A DNA stretch of 64,000 nt. Origin: the human T2T-CHM13v2.0 reference genome, Homo sapiens. The DNA is taken from the NCBI RefSeq assembly GCF_009914755.1, contig NC_060930.1, one strand, 5' to 3'. The notes beneath the pieces were generated by a model. The model was not told the DNA's origin. It saw only the letters and a list, made by a program, of their open reading frames with translations, and did not search any database. This document shows positions 34,637 through 47,940 of the stretch, piece after piece; position 1 is the first letter of the stretch, and every line of letters starts with the position of its first letter. A program made the translations under genes and the position numbers.

Positions 34637-37252
34637 TATATGTATACACACACACACAGACACACACATACACACACACACCACAGTTTCTTTATCCACT
34701 CATTGATTGATGGGCATTTGGGTTGGTTCCATGATTTTGCAATTGTGAATTGTGCTGCTATAAACATGCATGCACATTATCTTTTTCGTATAATGACTTC
34801 TTTTCTTCTGGGTAGATACCCAGTAGTGGGATTGCTGGATCAAATGATAGTTCTACTTTTAGTTCTTTAAGGAATCTCCACAGTTTTTATAGCAGCTGTA
34901 TTAGTTTACATTCCCACCAGCAGTATAGAAGTGTTCCCTGATCACTGCATCCATGCCAACATCTACCATTTTTTTATTTTTTTGATTATGGCCATTCTTG
35001 CAGGAGTAAGGTGGTATCGCATTGTAGTTTTGATTTGCATTTCTCTGATCATTAGTGATGTTGAGCATTTTGTCATATGTTTGTTGGCCATTTGTATATC
35101 TTCTCTTGAGAATTGTCTATTCACGTCCTTAGCCCACTTTTTGATGGGATTGTTTGTTTTTTTTCTTACTGATTTGAGTTCGTTGTAGATTCTGATTATT
35201 AGTCCTTTGTCAGATGTATAGATTGCGAAGATTTTCTCCCACTCTGTGGATTCTCTGTTTACTCTGCTGTTTCTTTTGCCTTGCAAAACTCTTTAGTTTC
35301 ATTAAGTCCCAACTATTTATCTTTGTTTTTATTGCATTTGCTTTTGGGTTCTTGATCATGAAATCCTTGCCTAAGCCAATGTCTTCAAGGTTTTTCCAAT
35401 GTTATCTTCTAGAATTTTTAGTTTCAGGTCTTAGATTTAAACCCTTAATCCATCTTGAGTTGATTTTTGTATAAGGTGAAAGGTGAGGATCCGGTTTCAT
35501 TTTCCTGCATGTGGCTAGCCAATTATCTCAGCACCATCTGTTGAAAAGGGTGTACTTTCCCTTCATGTTTTTGTTTGCTTTGTCCAAGGTCAATTGGCTG
35601 TAAGTATTTGAGTTTATTTCTGAGTTCTCTATTCTGTTCCATTGGTCTATGTGCCTATTTTTATACCAGTACCATGCTGTTTTGGTGACTATGGCCTTAT
35701 AGTATAGTTTGAAATCAGATAGTGTGATGCCTCCAGGTTTGTTCTTTTTGTTTAGTTTTGCTTTGGCTCTGCGGGCTCTTTTTTGATTCCATATGAATTT
35801 CAGAATTGCTTTTTTTCTAATTCTGTGAGGAATGATGGTGGTATTATGATGGGGATTGCATTGAATTTTTAGATTGCTTTTGGCGGTATGGTCATTTTCA
35901 CAATATTGATTCTACCCATCCATGAGCATGGGATGTGTTTCCATTTTTTTGTGTCATCTCTGATTTCTTTCAGTAGGGTTCCATAGTTTTCCTTGTAGAG
36001 GTCTTTTGACGCCTTTGTTAAGATATATTCCTAAGTATTTTTTTTTTTTGCAGCTATTGTAAAAGGGGTTGAGTTATTGATTTGATTCTCCACTTGGTTG
36101 CTGTTGGTGTATAGAACTACTACTGATTTGTGTACATTATTCTTGTATCTGGAAACTTTGCTGATTTCTTTATCAGTTGTATGAGCTTTCTGGAGGAGTC
36201 TTTAGGGTTTTCAAGGTAGATGATCATATCGTCAGCAAACAGTGACAGTTTGACTTCCTCTTTACCAATTTGGATCCCTTTTATTTCTTTCTTTTGTCTG
36301 ATTGCTCTGGTTAGGACTTCCAGTACTATGTCGAAAAGGAGTGGTGAGAGTGGACATCCTTGCCTTGTTCCAGTTCTCAGAGGGAATGCTTTCAACTTTT
36401 CCTTATTCAATATAAATTTGGCCATGGGTTTGTCATAGATACCTTTTATTACATTGAGGTATGTCCCTTGTATGCCACTTTTGCTGAGGTTTTAATCATA
36501 AAGCGATGCTGGATTTCGTCAAATGTTTTTTCTGCATCTATTGAGATGATCATGTGATTTTTGTTGTTTTTAATTCTGTTTATGTGGTGTATCACGTTTT
36601 TTGACTTGCATATGTTAAACCCTCCCTGTATCCCTGGTATGAAACCCACTTGATCATGGTGGATTATCTTTTTGATATGTTGTTGGATTCAGTTAGCTAG
36701 TATCTTGCTAAGGATTTTAGCGTCTATGTTCATCAAGGATATCAGTCTGTAGTTTTTTTTTGGTTATGTCCTTTCCTGGTTTTGGTATTAGGGTGATGCT
36801 GGCTTCATAGAATAAATTATGGAGGGTTCCTTCTTTCTCTATCTTATGGAATAGTGTCAAAAGGATTGGTACCAATTCTTTGAATGTCTTGTAGAATTCT
36901 GCTGTGAATCCGTCTGGTCCTGGACATTTTTTTGTTGGTAATTTTAAAATTACCATTTCAATCTTGCTGTTTGTTGTTGGTCTGTTCACGGTATCCAATT
37001 CTTCCTAATTTATGCTAGGAGGGTTGTATTTTTCCAGAAATTTATCCATCTCTTCTACGTTTTCTAGTTTATGTGCATAAAGGTGTTCATAGTAGCATTG
37101 AATGATCTTTTGTGTTTCAGTGGTGTCAGTTGTAATATCTCGTGTTTCGTTTCTTAATGAGGTTATTTGAATTTTCTCTCTTCTTGGTTAGTCTTGCTAA
37201 TGGTCTGTCAGTTTTATCTTTTCAAAGAACCAGCTTTTTGGTTCATTTATCT

Positions 37253-37392
37253 CATATATATATATGAGATAGATATATGAAATATATATATATAAATATA
37301 TTAAAAATATATATAAATATATATATTTTTATAAATATATTTTTTAAAAATATATATATTTTTATATAAATATAAAAAAAATATATATAAAA
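37253..37392. repeat. AT-rich low-complexity expansion inside L1PB ORF2
   Basis: direct reading. Confidence 0.9.
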
Positions 37393-40300
37393 AGATTGTT
37401 TGTTTGTTTGTTTCAATTTCATTTAATTCTGCTCTGGGTTTGATTTGTTCTTGTTTCTCTAGTTCCATGAGGTGTGACCTTAGAGTGTCAGTGTGTGCTC
37501 TTTCAGTCTTTTTGATGTAGGCATTTAGGGCTATGAACTTTCCGCTTAGCACCGCCTTTGCTGTATCCCAGGTGTTTTGATAGGTTGTGTCATTATTGTT
37601 GTTCAGTTCAAAGAATTTTTAAATTTCCATCTTGATTTTGTTTTTGACCCAATGCTCATTCAGGAGCAGGTTATTTAATTTAGGTGTATTTGCATGGTTT
37701 TGAAGATTCATTTCAGAGTTCATTTCCAGTTTTATTCCACTGTGGTCTGAGAGAGTGCTTGATATAATTTCAATTTTCTTAAATTTACTGAAGCTTGTTT
37801 TATGGCCTATCATATGGTCTATCTTGGAGAAAGTTCCATGTGCTATTCAATAGAATGTATATTTTGCAGTTGTTGGATGAAATGTTCTGTATATATCTGT
37901 TAAGTCCATTTGTTCCAAGGTGTAGTTTAAATCCATCATTTCTTTGTTGACTTTCTGTCCTGATGACCTGTCTAGTGCTGTCAGTGGAGTATTGAGATCC
38001 CCCACTATTATCGTGTTGCTGTCTATCTCATTGCTTAGGTCCATTAGTAATTGTTTTATAAATTTGGGAGCTCCAGTGTTAGGTGCATATATGTTTAGAA
38101 TTGTGATATTTCCCTGTTGGACAAGGCCTTTTACCATTATATAATGTCCCTCTTTGTCTCTTTTAACTGCTGTTGCTTTAAAGCTTCTTTTGTCTGATAT
38201 AAAAATACCTACCCCTGCTTGCTTTTGGTGTCCATTTGCATGAAATGCCTTTTTCAACCCCTGTACTTTAAGTTTATGTGAGTCCTTACATGTTAGCTGA
38301 GTCTCCTGAAGGCAGCAGATGGTTGGTGAGTTCTTATCCCTTCTACTGTTCTGTATCTTTTAAGTGGAGCATTTAGGCAATTTACATTCAATGTTAGTAT
38401 TGAGATGTGAGGTACCATTCCGTTCATCATGCTATTTGTTGCCTGTGTACTTTTGTTTGTTGGTTTTTGTTTTTGCTTTTTAACTTTTATTTTTGTTTTA
38501 TAGGTCCTGTGTGATTTAAGCTTTAAAGAGGTTCTGTTTTGATAATTTTCCAGGATTTGTTTCAAGATTTAGAGCTCCTTTTAGCAGTTCTTGTAGTGGT
38601 GGCTTGGTACTGTTGAATTCTCTCAGCATTTGTTTGTCTGCAAAAGACTTTATCTTTCCTTCATATATGATGCTTAGTTTCACTGGATACAAAATTCTTG
38701 GCTGATAATTGTTTGAGGAGGCTGAAGATAGGTCCCCAATCCCTTCTTTCTTGTAGGGTTTCTGCTGAGAAATCTGCTGTTAATCTCATAGGTTTCCCTT
38801 TATAGTTTACCTGGTACTTCTGTCTCACAGCTCTTAAGATTCTTTCCTTCACCTTAACTTTGGATAACCTGATGACAGCGTGCCTAGGCGATAATCTTTT
38901 TGCGATGAATTTTCCAGGTGTTCTCTGTGCTTCTTGTATTTGTATGTCTAGGTCTGTAGTAAGACCAGGGAAATTTTCCTCAATTATTCTCCCAAATATG
39001 TTTTCCAAGCTTTTAGAACTGTCTTCTTCCTCAGGAACACTGATTATTCTTAAGTTTGGTTGTTTAACATTATCCCAGACTTCTTGGAGGCTTTGTTCAT
39101 ATATTCTTATTCTTTTTTCTTTGTCTTTGTTGGATTGGGTTAATTCAGAGATCTTGTCTTTGTTCTCTGAATTTCTTTCTTCTACTTGTTCAAGCCTATC
39201 GCTGAGACTTTCCAGAGCATTTTGCATTTCTCTAATTGGGTCCAGTGTTTCTTGAATTTTTGATTGTTTTTTCTTTAAGCTCTCTATTTCCTTGAATATT
39301 TCTCCGTTCACTTCTGGTATTGTTTTTTGGATTTCCTTGCATTGGGCTTTGCCTTTCTCTGGTGCCTCCCCGATTAGCTTAATAACTAACCTCCTGAGAG
39401 ACCCATAGATGGTTCACATCACAGGTCTCTGAGCAGACAACCCCCAGTACCAGCCTGGAAATGTGTAGACTTGCTGAGTGGTTAGACCCAGAAGAGAGAC
39501 AACAACAATCGTTGCAGTTTGGCTCATAGGAAACCACATCAATAGGAAAAGCGGGGAGACTGCAAGAACAAACCAGCAATCCCAAGAGGACCCAAGATTA
39601 TATGACCTTTGTCTTCAGCTACCAGGGTGGATAGGGAAGGACCATCAAGTGGGGGCAGGGCTAGGTGTTTCTGAGCTCAGGCTCTCCTTGGGTGGGTCTT
39701 GATGCAGTTGCTGTGGGGATGGGAGTGAGATTCCCAGGTCACTGGAGTTGTGTACCTAGGAGGATTATGGCTGCCTCTGCTGAGTCATGCAGGTTGTCAG
39801 AGAAGTAGGGGAAAGCTGGCAGTCACTGGCCTCACTGAGCTCCCACACAATCCAAAGGGCTGGTCTCACTCCCACTGTGCCCCCACCAACAGCCCTGAGT
39901 TTGTTTCCAGGCAGTGGGCTAGCTGGGCTTGAGAACTTGCCCCAGGCTACCCGCCTCCCAGCTGTGAAAGAAAAGGGTTTGGTTCTTCCCCTGCCTGTGG
40001 AGTCTGCACACCAGATTCACACCCTCCCTGGAGTTCTGGTCAAGAGGCTTCTCACCCCATTCAAATTATTACAAAGTTCAACTGGAAATTTCCTTTTCCC
40101 TGTGATGCTTTCCCCTCTGCCCTGCTCCTCTGGCTGCCCTCCCATTGGATGCCTGTGGTTCCAGGCAGGAATGGCCTGCTTGGGGACCCAGCTGAGCTCC
40201 CAGGGTCTTTCTGCTGCTTCCTCTATCCCTGTATTTTGCTTGGCTCTCTAAATTGACTCAGCTCCAGTTAAGGTAGGAAACTTCTCTGGCAAACAGACCT

Positions 40301-40724
40301 TCAGTTTCTCCAGTGGGGGTGAGTGTTCGGGAGAGGAGGCTCTTCTTTTCCCACTTCCACAGTTGGGGCACTAACAGTATCTGGGATGTCTCCTGGGTCC
40401 TGCAGGAGCAGTCCACTTCCTTCAGAGGGTCTGTGGGTCCTCTCGGGATTGCTGGTTTGTTCTTGCAGTCGATCTGGAGCTAAAATTCACAATGCAAGCC
40501 TTTGCAAACTGCTCTGTCCATCTGAGTCAGAGCGGCAATCTAGTCCTATCTCCTGTCTGTCATGATGATCTCAGTCCCCAACTTTATTTTTAATTAAGAA
40601 TCATAAAGAAATATTATGATCACTTCTTAGAGAATATCACTAAATAATAAATGAATGAATGAATGAATGAATAAACAAATACTTCTTACTAGCATATGTT
40701 TTTAAGATTTGTGCACCTTTATTT

Positions 40725-41041
40725 GTTTCTTTCTTTCTGTTTTTTTTTTGTTTTTGTTTTTGTTTTGGAGACTGGATCTCACTCTCTCACTCGTACAATC
40801 ATGGCTCACTGCAGCCTCAACTTCCAGGGCTTAAGTGATCCTCCCACCTCAGCCTCCCTAGTAGCTAGGACCACAGGTGCACACCACCACACTCAGCTAA
40901 TTTTTTATTTTTTTAGAGATGGGGGGGTCTCACTATGTTTGAGACCCAAGCTGGTCTCAAACTCCTAGCCTCTAGCAATCCTCCTGGCTCAGCTTTCCAA
41001 AGTGTTAGGATTATTAGAGGCATGAGTCATCACACCCAACC
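40725..41041 (-). mobile_element. AluJ SINE with an internal deletion
   Basis: J-type atggctcactgcagcctcaac; (GTTTTT)n tail. Confidence 0.9.
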
Positions 41042-41413
41042 TGTTTCTTTTCTCTCTTACTCTCTTTTATTTCTCTCTCTCACTCTGTTTCTTTTCCTTC
41101 CTTCCCTTCCTTCCTTCCCTCCCTCCCTCCCTTCCTTCCTTCCTTCCTCCCTCCCTGCCTCCCTCCCTGCCTCCCTCCCTCCCTTCTTTCTCCTTCCTTC
41201 CCTCCCTTCTTTCTTCCTTCCTTCCTTTCTTTCTTTCTCTTTCTTTCCTTCCTTCCTCTTTCCTCCCTCCCTCCCTCTCCTTCCTTCCTTCCTTCCCTCC
41301 CTCCCTTCCTCCTGTCTTTCTTTTCTTTCTTTTTCTCTTTCTTTTCTCTTTCTTTCTTTCTTTTCTTCTCTTTCCTTCCTCTCTCTCTCTCTCTGTCTCT
41401 CTCTCTCTCTTCC
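41042..41413. repeat. About 370-bp polypyrimidine (CCTT/CCCT/CTTT/CT)n tract
   Basis: direct reading. Confidence 0.95.
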
Positions 41414-41424
41414 AGTTCTTCGAC

Positions 41425-41510
41425 TGGTCTTGCTATCAAAGGGTTTTGCTGGACTCAAACTCCTCAGTTCAAGTGAGCCTCTTGTCTCAGCCTCTCAAAT
41501 AGCTGGGAGC
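41425..41510 (-). mobile_element. Alu monomer (FLAM-like) fragment
   Basis: gctggactcaaactcctcagttcaagtgagcctcttgtctcagcctctcaaatagctggga. Confidence 0.65.
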
Positions 41511-42903
41511 ACTCTTGTTTCTTAACTCCCATTTCTTACTCTGGATTAACCTTTCTTTGAAATATTTTTTAATACTGAGGACCTATAGGTAGTAGTTCTC
41601 TATTTATGTTTCAAATTGCTTATTTGGGATTCATTTTTGAATAAGGTTTAGATATAAAATTCTAGGCTGACAATTACTTTCTGTTAGCTTTGAAGATACT
41701 ATTCCATTGTCTTCTGACCTCTATTATTACTGATAGGAAGCTGGGTTTTCCCTACTTTGTAGTTTATCTTTTCTTTTATAGTATTTTAGATTTTGCTTTT
41801 TCTCTTTTTTTTATAGTTGCACTGCAATATTTTTTGGAGTTGATTTGTACTTATTTATTTTTCTTAACATACTAAATACATTCTGATCTTGCAACTAATG
41901 TTTCTCTTTTGTTTTGGAAAATTATCATTTAATATACCTACAAAATTCCTAAAAATGTAATATTTCTGTCTATTCGAGTCATATTCTGGGCAAATCCTTT
42001 AGTACTGTACCATTATTCAGCTCATAAATTCTTTATCTCTATGCAGTCTAGAATTTAGTTTGTCATTTTAATTCTTTATTTCTGAAATCTTTATTGTCTG
42101 AAATATCTTTTTTTTCATTTTAAAAATACCTATTTTCTGTCATTTTCCTCCCTATTTTTTACTCCATCATTTATTTTTCTTTTAAATTAATGCTAATCAT
42201 TCATTTGTCTCTTTAAGTCTCCTAAGTATGTTAAAGTCTTTTCTAGACTGCGAATATTAATTTTTTCTGGGCGAATTTGTCTTTTAATTATGTTGATTAA
42301 ATTGGTTGACTTTTTATCATTAGAATTCTTCATTATGTATTTTGATATTTTGGTTTCCAAACTGGTTTTGAATGGAAAATTATTTGTGTTTTTTTTTCCC
42401 TCTCTCCCTTTCTCCTCCCTCTCATTCTTCCCAACTAGTGGGATGTTCTGACTGGTGACATGCCTTTTTTTCCAGCCCTCCAGGCCCCAGATTCAGAACT
42501 CAGCATTCAAATGTTTCTCTGATGCTCCTCCTGGGTGGCATGTGGAGACATCACAGATGTGGTTACCAAGCAGCAGGTAGCATGGCTCAGCAGCTAGGTC
42601 TGAGGCAGTGGCTCTGTCCTCTACCCTCCTCAGGCACACTTCCTTACAGACGTCCCAGTCCCAACCAGCAGCTGTTGTTTTTCTAGCTTCGTTTCATGGG
42701 TGGGGATGTTGAGTTCTTTTCCCCCATCTCAGGTGAGCCATTCTGCCCTCTGCCCTCTGATGCCCTGTAGGAATCCAGCTCCTGGCCCCATTGCCTTTCT
42801 CTCTGCTGGAACCCAGCCAGCCTGTGCCTTCAGTCTTGCTCTCCACTGGGCTTCTTGCTAGCTCCCATCCACAGAGAGGTTTTCAAGCTAGTGTGTGTCT
42901 TTT

Positions 42904-43151
42904 TGTGTGTGTGTGTGTGTGTGTGTATACATATATATACACACACACACACACACACATTTATTGGTATATATTATTATATATATATACCTATATATAA
43001 TAGTTATATATACATATATATAATAGTTATATATATAATAGTTATATATACAAATATATATAATAGTTGTATATATAGAAATATATATAATAGTTATATA
43101 GAAATATATATAATAGTTATATATAAATAATAGTTATATATATATATATAA
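42904..43151. repeat. Compound (TG)n/(TA)n/(CA)n microsatellite plus an AT-rich minisatellite with core tatataatagttata
   Basis: core repeated about 7 times at 42993-43150. Confidence 0.92.
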
Positions 43152-44225
43152 TTTTGTCTACCATTAACATGTGTTTGGAACAGATGAGGTTTGTTGATGT
43201 TCATCAAAATATCATTTTGACTAGGAGTCTATAACTTATTTGAATATTTATTTAGTGACTCCATTTATTATTTTGTACATACTTCGTATCAAATCCAGTC
43301 CTTTCTCTTAGGAGCCAGTTCCTTTAGTAACTTCACAAATGGATGGCAAAAATCCTCAACATTTGGAAAATACATTTTCAAGCAGAGCTGGTATTATAGC
43401 CCACTCATGAAAGTATCAGTCCTTCCAAATTCCAGGGTTTAGAGAGTAGCACAGGGTAAAATCAGGAAATTTTTAATTTAAAATCCTCCTGTGTTGACAT
43501 ACTTTCTGACCTGATCGGCTCCACTTTTTGGACAAGTGGTGACGTTTGACATGTAACATGTAGAAGTTTCATTGCTGGGGATTGTGTTGCAGGGAGGGCA
43601 GTCTTGCAATTTCCCAGTGATTATATCACATTATTAATCTTGACAATAAAGTGAGTGCGCTTATTAAAATTATGGGCAAACAAGAGAGAGAACTGAAAAA
43701 GTACAAAGAACATATGTTTCTATTAAACAGTCAGACATGAGGCATAACTTATTCATGTCATTTATTCAGTTTTAGACTACCCCAATTTGATAAGGCAAAT
43801 AGAATTGATGTGGGACTAGTAATACCAGAATTGTGATAGTCCTCATTCTGAAGACAATATGCAATCTTAAAAATTAAAATGTGGAAAATTATTTATTTTC
43901 TCTAGTATTTAACTTATATCCGTATAATACAAAATACAAAGCTTTTCCTGTTTATTAATAAATTTAGATTTCATGATACAGAAAAATGTCATATAGATGT
44001 ATACATTTACACCCCACATCTGAATTAATTCAAGAAATAAATCCCAAGGCATTGCTCAGAGATGAGGAGGTGAATGAGGAGGCTTTAGCTGGTGAGGAAA
44101 ATACCATCCAGTCCTCTGAGGATGAGCACTTTAATCTTGCTCTGATTCTTCCACTCTACCAATAAAATTTCAAGAAAGCAACCATTAACATTTTGGACCT
44201 AAATTCTAAAAAGGAACTGCACATC

Positions 44226-45217
44226 TTTAATTGGGTTATTGGGCTTTTTGCTCTTTAGTTGCAGGAGTTCATTATATATCTTGGAGATTAATGTTTGTCA
44301 AATATATGTTTGCAAACATTTCTCATTCCGTAGGTTGCCTCATCACTCTGTTGATGGGCTAAAGACCTGAAGAGCCATTTGTCCAAAGAAGACATACAAG
44401 CGGCCAACAGACATATGAAAAAATGCTCAACATCACTAATCGTCAGGGAAATGCAAATCAAAACCACAGTGAGATATCACTTCACACCTGTCAGGTTGGC
44501 TATTACTGAAGAAACAGAAAACATGACTAGTGTTGGTGAGGATGTGAATACATTGGAACCCTTGTACAACATTTAGTGGAAATGCAAAGTGGTGCAATTG
44601 CTATGGAAAACAGTATGGAGAGTCCTCAAAAAATTAAAAGTAGAATTACTATATGATCCAGCAATCTTACTCTGGGTATTTATCCAAAAAACAAAAACGT
44701 AATCAGCATCAACGTAATATAATCCACACTCCTATGTTCAATGTAGCACTATTCACAATATTCAAGATGTAGAAACAACTTAAATGCTCATTGACCCATG
44801 AGTGGGTAAAGAAGATATGGTATATACACACAAATGAATATTATACAGCCTTAAAAAGGAAGGAAATTTTGTTATATGTGACAACATGGATGAATCTTGA
44901 GGTTCATCCTCTTATGTTAAGTAAAATACACCAGTCATGAAAAGACAAATACTGCATGATTTTACTTATAGAAAGTATCTAAAATAGTCAAGTTCCTAGA
45001 ATCAAAGAGTGGAATGTGGTTGTCAGGGGCTGGGGAATGAGGAAATGGTATGTTTCTAATGACTGCATAAAGTTTCATTTAAATAAGATGAATACATTCT
45101 ATAGCTCTTCTGTACAACATTGTACCTATAATTAACACTGCATTGTACCCTTAAGAACTTGAGGGTGGATCTTATATGAAGTGTTCTTACCAGAATAAAA
45201 TAAAAATTTAAAAAATA
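44226..45217 (+). mobile_element. L1MA9-like 3' fragment with a short 5' inversion (about 44226-44356 minus)
   Basis: ORF2 C-terminal peptide [19 protein letters not shown]; 3' UTR ending gtgttcttaccagaataaaataaaa. Confidence 0.85.
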
Positions 45218-45456
45218 ATATATATGTTACAAAGTAGTTCTGTCAAATGAGATTAACAATACAGTTCCTGGCTCATACTATTACATACTATTACAGAATA
45301 AATATTTATCTAATTTAAAAAAAGCTTTCACACTTTCCTTGCTTCAAACAACAGCACCCCATTGGCTTTAACTTGTACCTGTTTTCCAAATCTGACCAGC
45401 ACAGAGACTGGGAGCTATTTATTTTCTCCTACTTAATCCCCATGTATAGAATTTTT

Positions 45457-45971
45457 AAAATTTTATTCTTTTTTATTTCCATAGGTTTTTGGGAAACAGG
45501 TGGTGTTTGGTTACATGAATAAGTTCTTTAGTGGTGATTTCTGAGATTTTGGTGCACCCATGATCCGAGCAGTGTACACTGTACCCAATGTGTAGTCTTT
45601 TATCCCTCCCCAGTCCCTACCCTTACCTCCGAGTCCCCAAAGTCCAATGTATCATTCTTATGCCTTTGCACCCTCATGGCTTAGCTCCCACATATGAGTG
45701 AGAACATATGATGTTTGGCTTTCCATTGCTGAGTTATTTCACTTAGAATAAGAGTCTCCAACTCCATACAGGTTGCTGTGAATGCCATTATTTTGTTTCT
45801 TTTTATGGCTGAGTAGTATTCCATTATATATCATAGTTTCTTTATCCACTTGTTGACTGATGGGCATTTGGGCTGCTTCCATATTTTTGCAATTGCAAAT
45901 CATGCTGCTATAAACGTGTGTGTAAGTATCTTTTTTGTATAGTGACTTCTTTTCCTCTGGGTAGATACCCA
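45457..45971 (-). mobile_element. L1PB 3' UTR fragment
   Basis: Homologous to 34130-34820; TSD cccatgtatagaattttt (45439-45456) / cccatatatggaattttt (45968-45985). Confidence 0.9.
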
Positions 45972-47233
45972 TATATGGAATTTTTTTTCACCATAGATGT
46001 CTTCAAAAGGCCAAACAGTGAAATATTGGTAAGAACTTTTGAATACTTACGGCATCTAAAAGTTCTTACCAATATTTCTACTCGCACTTCTATTTCTGGT
46101 TTCCATAGAATTGCCTATATTCCTAATTTCTTTTTCTCTGTAAGTCTATTTAACCTTACAAACATGGTGTTTCTCTTATTTCCTCAGCACCGCCTGAGAT
46201 GTGATGGTGAGCTGAGCTGTACCTGAATCCTGAGCTGCCCAGCCCAGGCAGGAAGCACACTGGCGATCTCTTTCCATCGGGGGGCAGCTGCCCTAGGCTG
46301 GAAGTATTTTAGCTCTGAATCTGCTGTTAGAGGGTCTATCATTCTTTGTCATTTTTTTCTCTCAGATACTGCTCTTTTTAGTTTAGTTTTATTTATTAAT
46401 ATCTTCCTACTGTGGTGCTTAACGTCTCCTTTCCCCCTCCTCCAAGGGTGAGAGGTCTGGTTGAAAGATCTCTACTAGCTACGCAGTAATTTTTTTATAA
46501 TTCTTCCTTCCTTCAAATGTGTCTTTTTGTGACCCAATCGAACGCTGGCAATGAAGTTCCTTATCTCCATTTGACTTGTGCATGAAGCCAACACTCAGAA
46601 ATCCTATTTCATCCCTTACCTTTTCTCTTTGTAGCTAACCCAAAATGTGTTCAGTTTTACTAAAAGCTGAAGCTCTCCACAAACTTCTGAGTATAGTGTA
46701 CTCTGGCCGAAATGGCAGCCACTTTTTCAATATTTTTCATGTTAATTACATTTAACTACACTTAGTTTCATGAAATTGAAATTTACAAAAAAGGAGGAAA
46801 AAACCATGGGGTGGGGGTGGGGAAATGTGGTAAATTATATTTTTAGAGAAATACCAGAAGTAGTTTTGTTTTATTTCAAAAAAAAGTAATTAAAAATCGT
46901 TTAAATCATTCATAACTTCTATAAAGTTCTTTTCTAGCTTCTGTTTGACATAAAAATAACAAGATAATGAGTCGTGGGCCCGGGGAACCAGAAATCTTGG
47001 CTGTTGATCTGGTATTTGTGGCTCTATTGCTGATTGGTATAGAAGTGAACTTATGTGACCATAAAGGTGAATGCAGTCAAAATGGTCAGACATGCAGTCA
47101 ACTCTAAAGATGTTGTGATAGGGGCCGAAAGTCAAGAAATAAACTTTAGTAGATTACTGTGTGATGGAGAAGAAATTATGAGAAGAAATGCACCTGAAGT
47201 GGTCTCAGGGATTTGTTTCACATTAAAAAAATA

Positions 47234-47940
47234 TACTTTATTTTTCAGAGCAGTTTGAGGTTCACAGCAAAGTGAAATAGAAAATACAGAGATGTCTCAC
47301 CTACCCCCTACCCCCGCCATGCACAGTTTCCTCCATTATCATCATCCCTAGCCATAGTGAGAATTTGTTACAATTAGGGAACCTGCTTTGGCACATCATT
47401 ATCTCTCAAAGCACACAGTTTACATTAGGGTTTTCTCTTGGTATTGTACATTCTCTGTTTTTTGACAAATGTATAATGTCATGTGTCTACCGTTATAGTA
47501 TCATACAGAATAGTTTCACTGCCCTAAAAATCTTCTGTATTCTGCCTATTCATCTCTCTTTTTCTTTCCCCAAACCCCTGACAACCATTGATCTTTTTAC
47601 TCTCTCCATAGTTTTGTCTTCTCCAAAATGTCATATAGTTGGAATCGTACAGTAGTAGGTAGCATTTTAGAGCAGCTTCTTTTACTTAGTAATAAGCATT
47701 TGTGTCATTCATGTATTTTCATAGTCTGATGGCTCACATCTTTTTGGCATTGAATGATATTTCATTGTCTAGTTGTACCACAGTCTACTTATCCAGCCAT
47801 CTACTGGAGGACATCTTGGTTGCTTCCAAGTTATGGCAATTATAAATAAAGCAGCTATACGTGTCCATGTGAAAGTTTTGTGTGGGTGTAGGTTTTCAAC
47901 TCACTTTGAAAAATACCAGAGTGTGATTGCTGGATTGTAT
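47234..47940 (-). mobile_element. L1MC1-like 3' fragment
   Basis: actttatttttcagagcagtttgaggttcacagcaaa...catacagaatagtttcactgccctaaaaatc. Confidence 0.8.

Larger units (their letters stand above)
34077..40577 (-). mobile_element. Near full-length L1PB1 (L1PBa-type 5' UTR), internally rearranged
   Basis: TSD ccaactttatttt at 34064-34076 and 40578-40590; ORF1 remnant 38661-39311, EN remnant 37847-38565, RT remnant with LFADD 36120-36425. Confidence 0.93.

Noticed and set aside
34339-34870. Overlapping Y/I/C/V/H/T-rich ORFs and a CRISPR-sized 34-bp repeat
   Set aside because: Stop-poor dinucleotide minisatellite. The units are head-to-tail without spacers and there are no cas genes.
40935-41525. 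196-, 133- and 119-aa ORFs rich in S/L/P/F or R/E/K/G
   Set aside because: Translations of the polypyrimidine tract; the same applies to 12064-12294 and 13641-13826.
47055-47258. 67-aa protein-looking ORF
   Set aside because: Non-ATG start, runs into the L1MC tail, has no recognisable domain or splice sites, and is probably decayed repeat.
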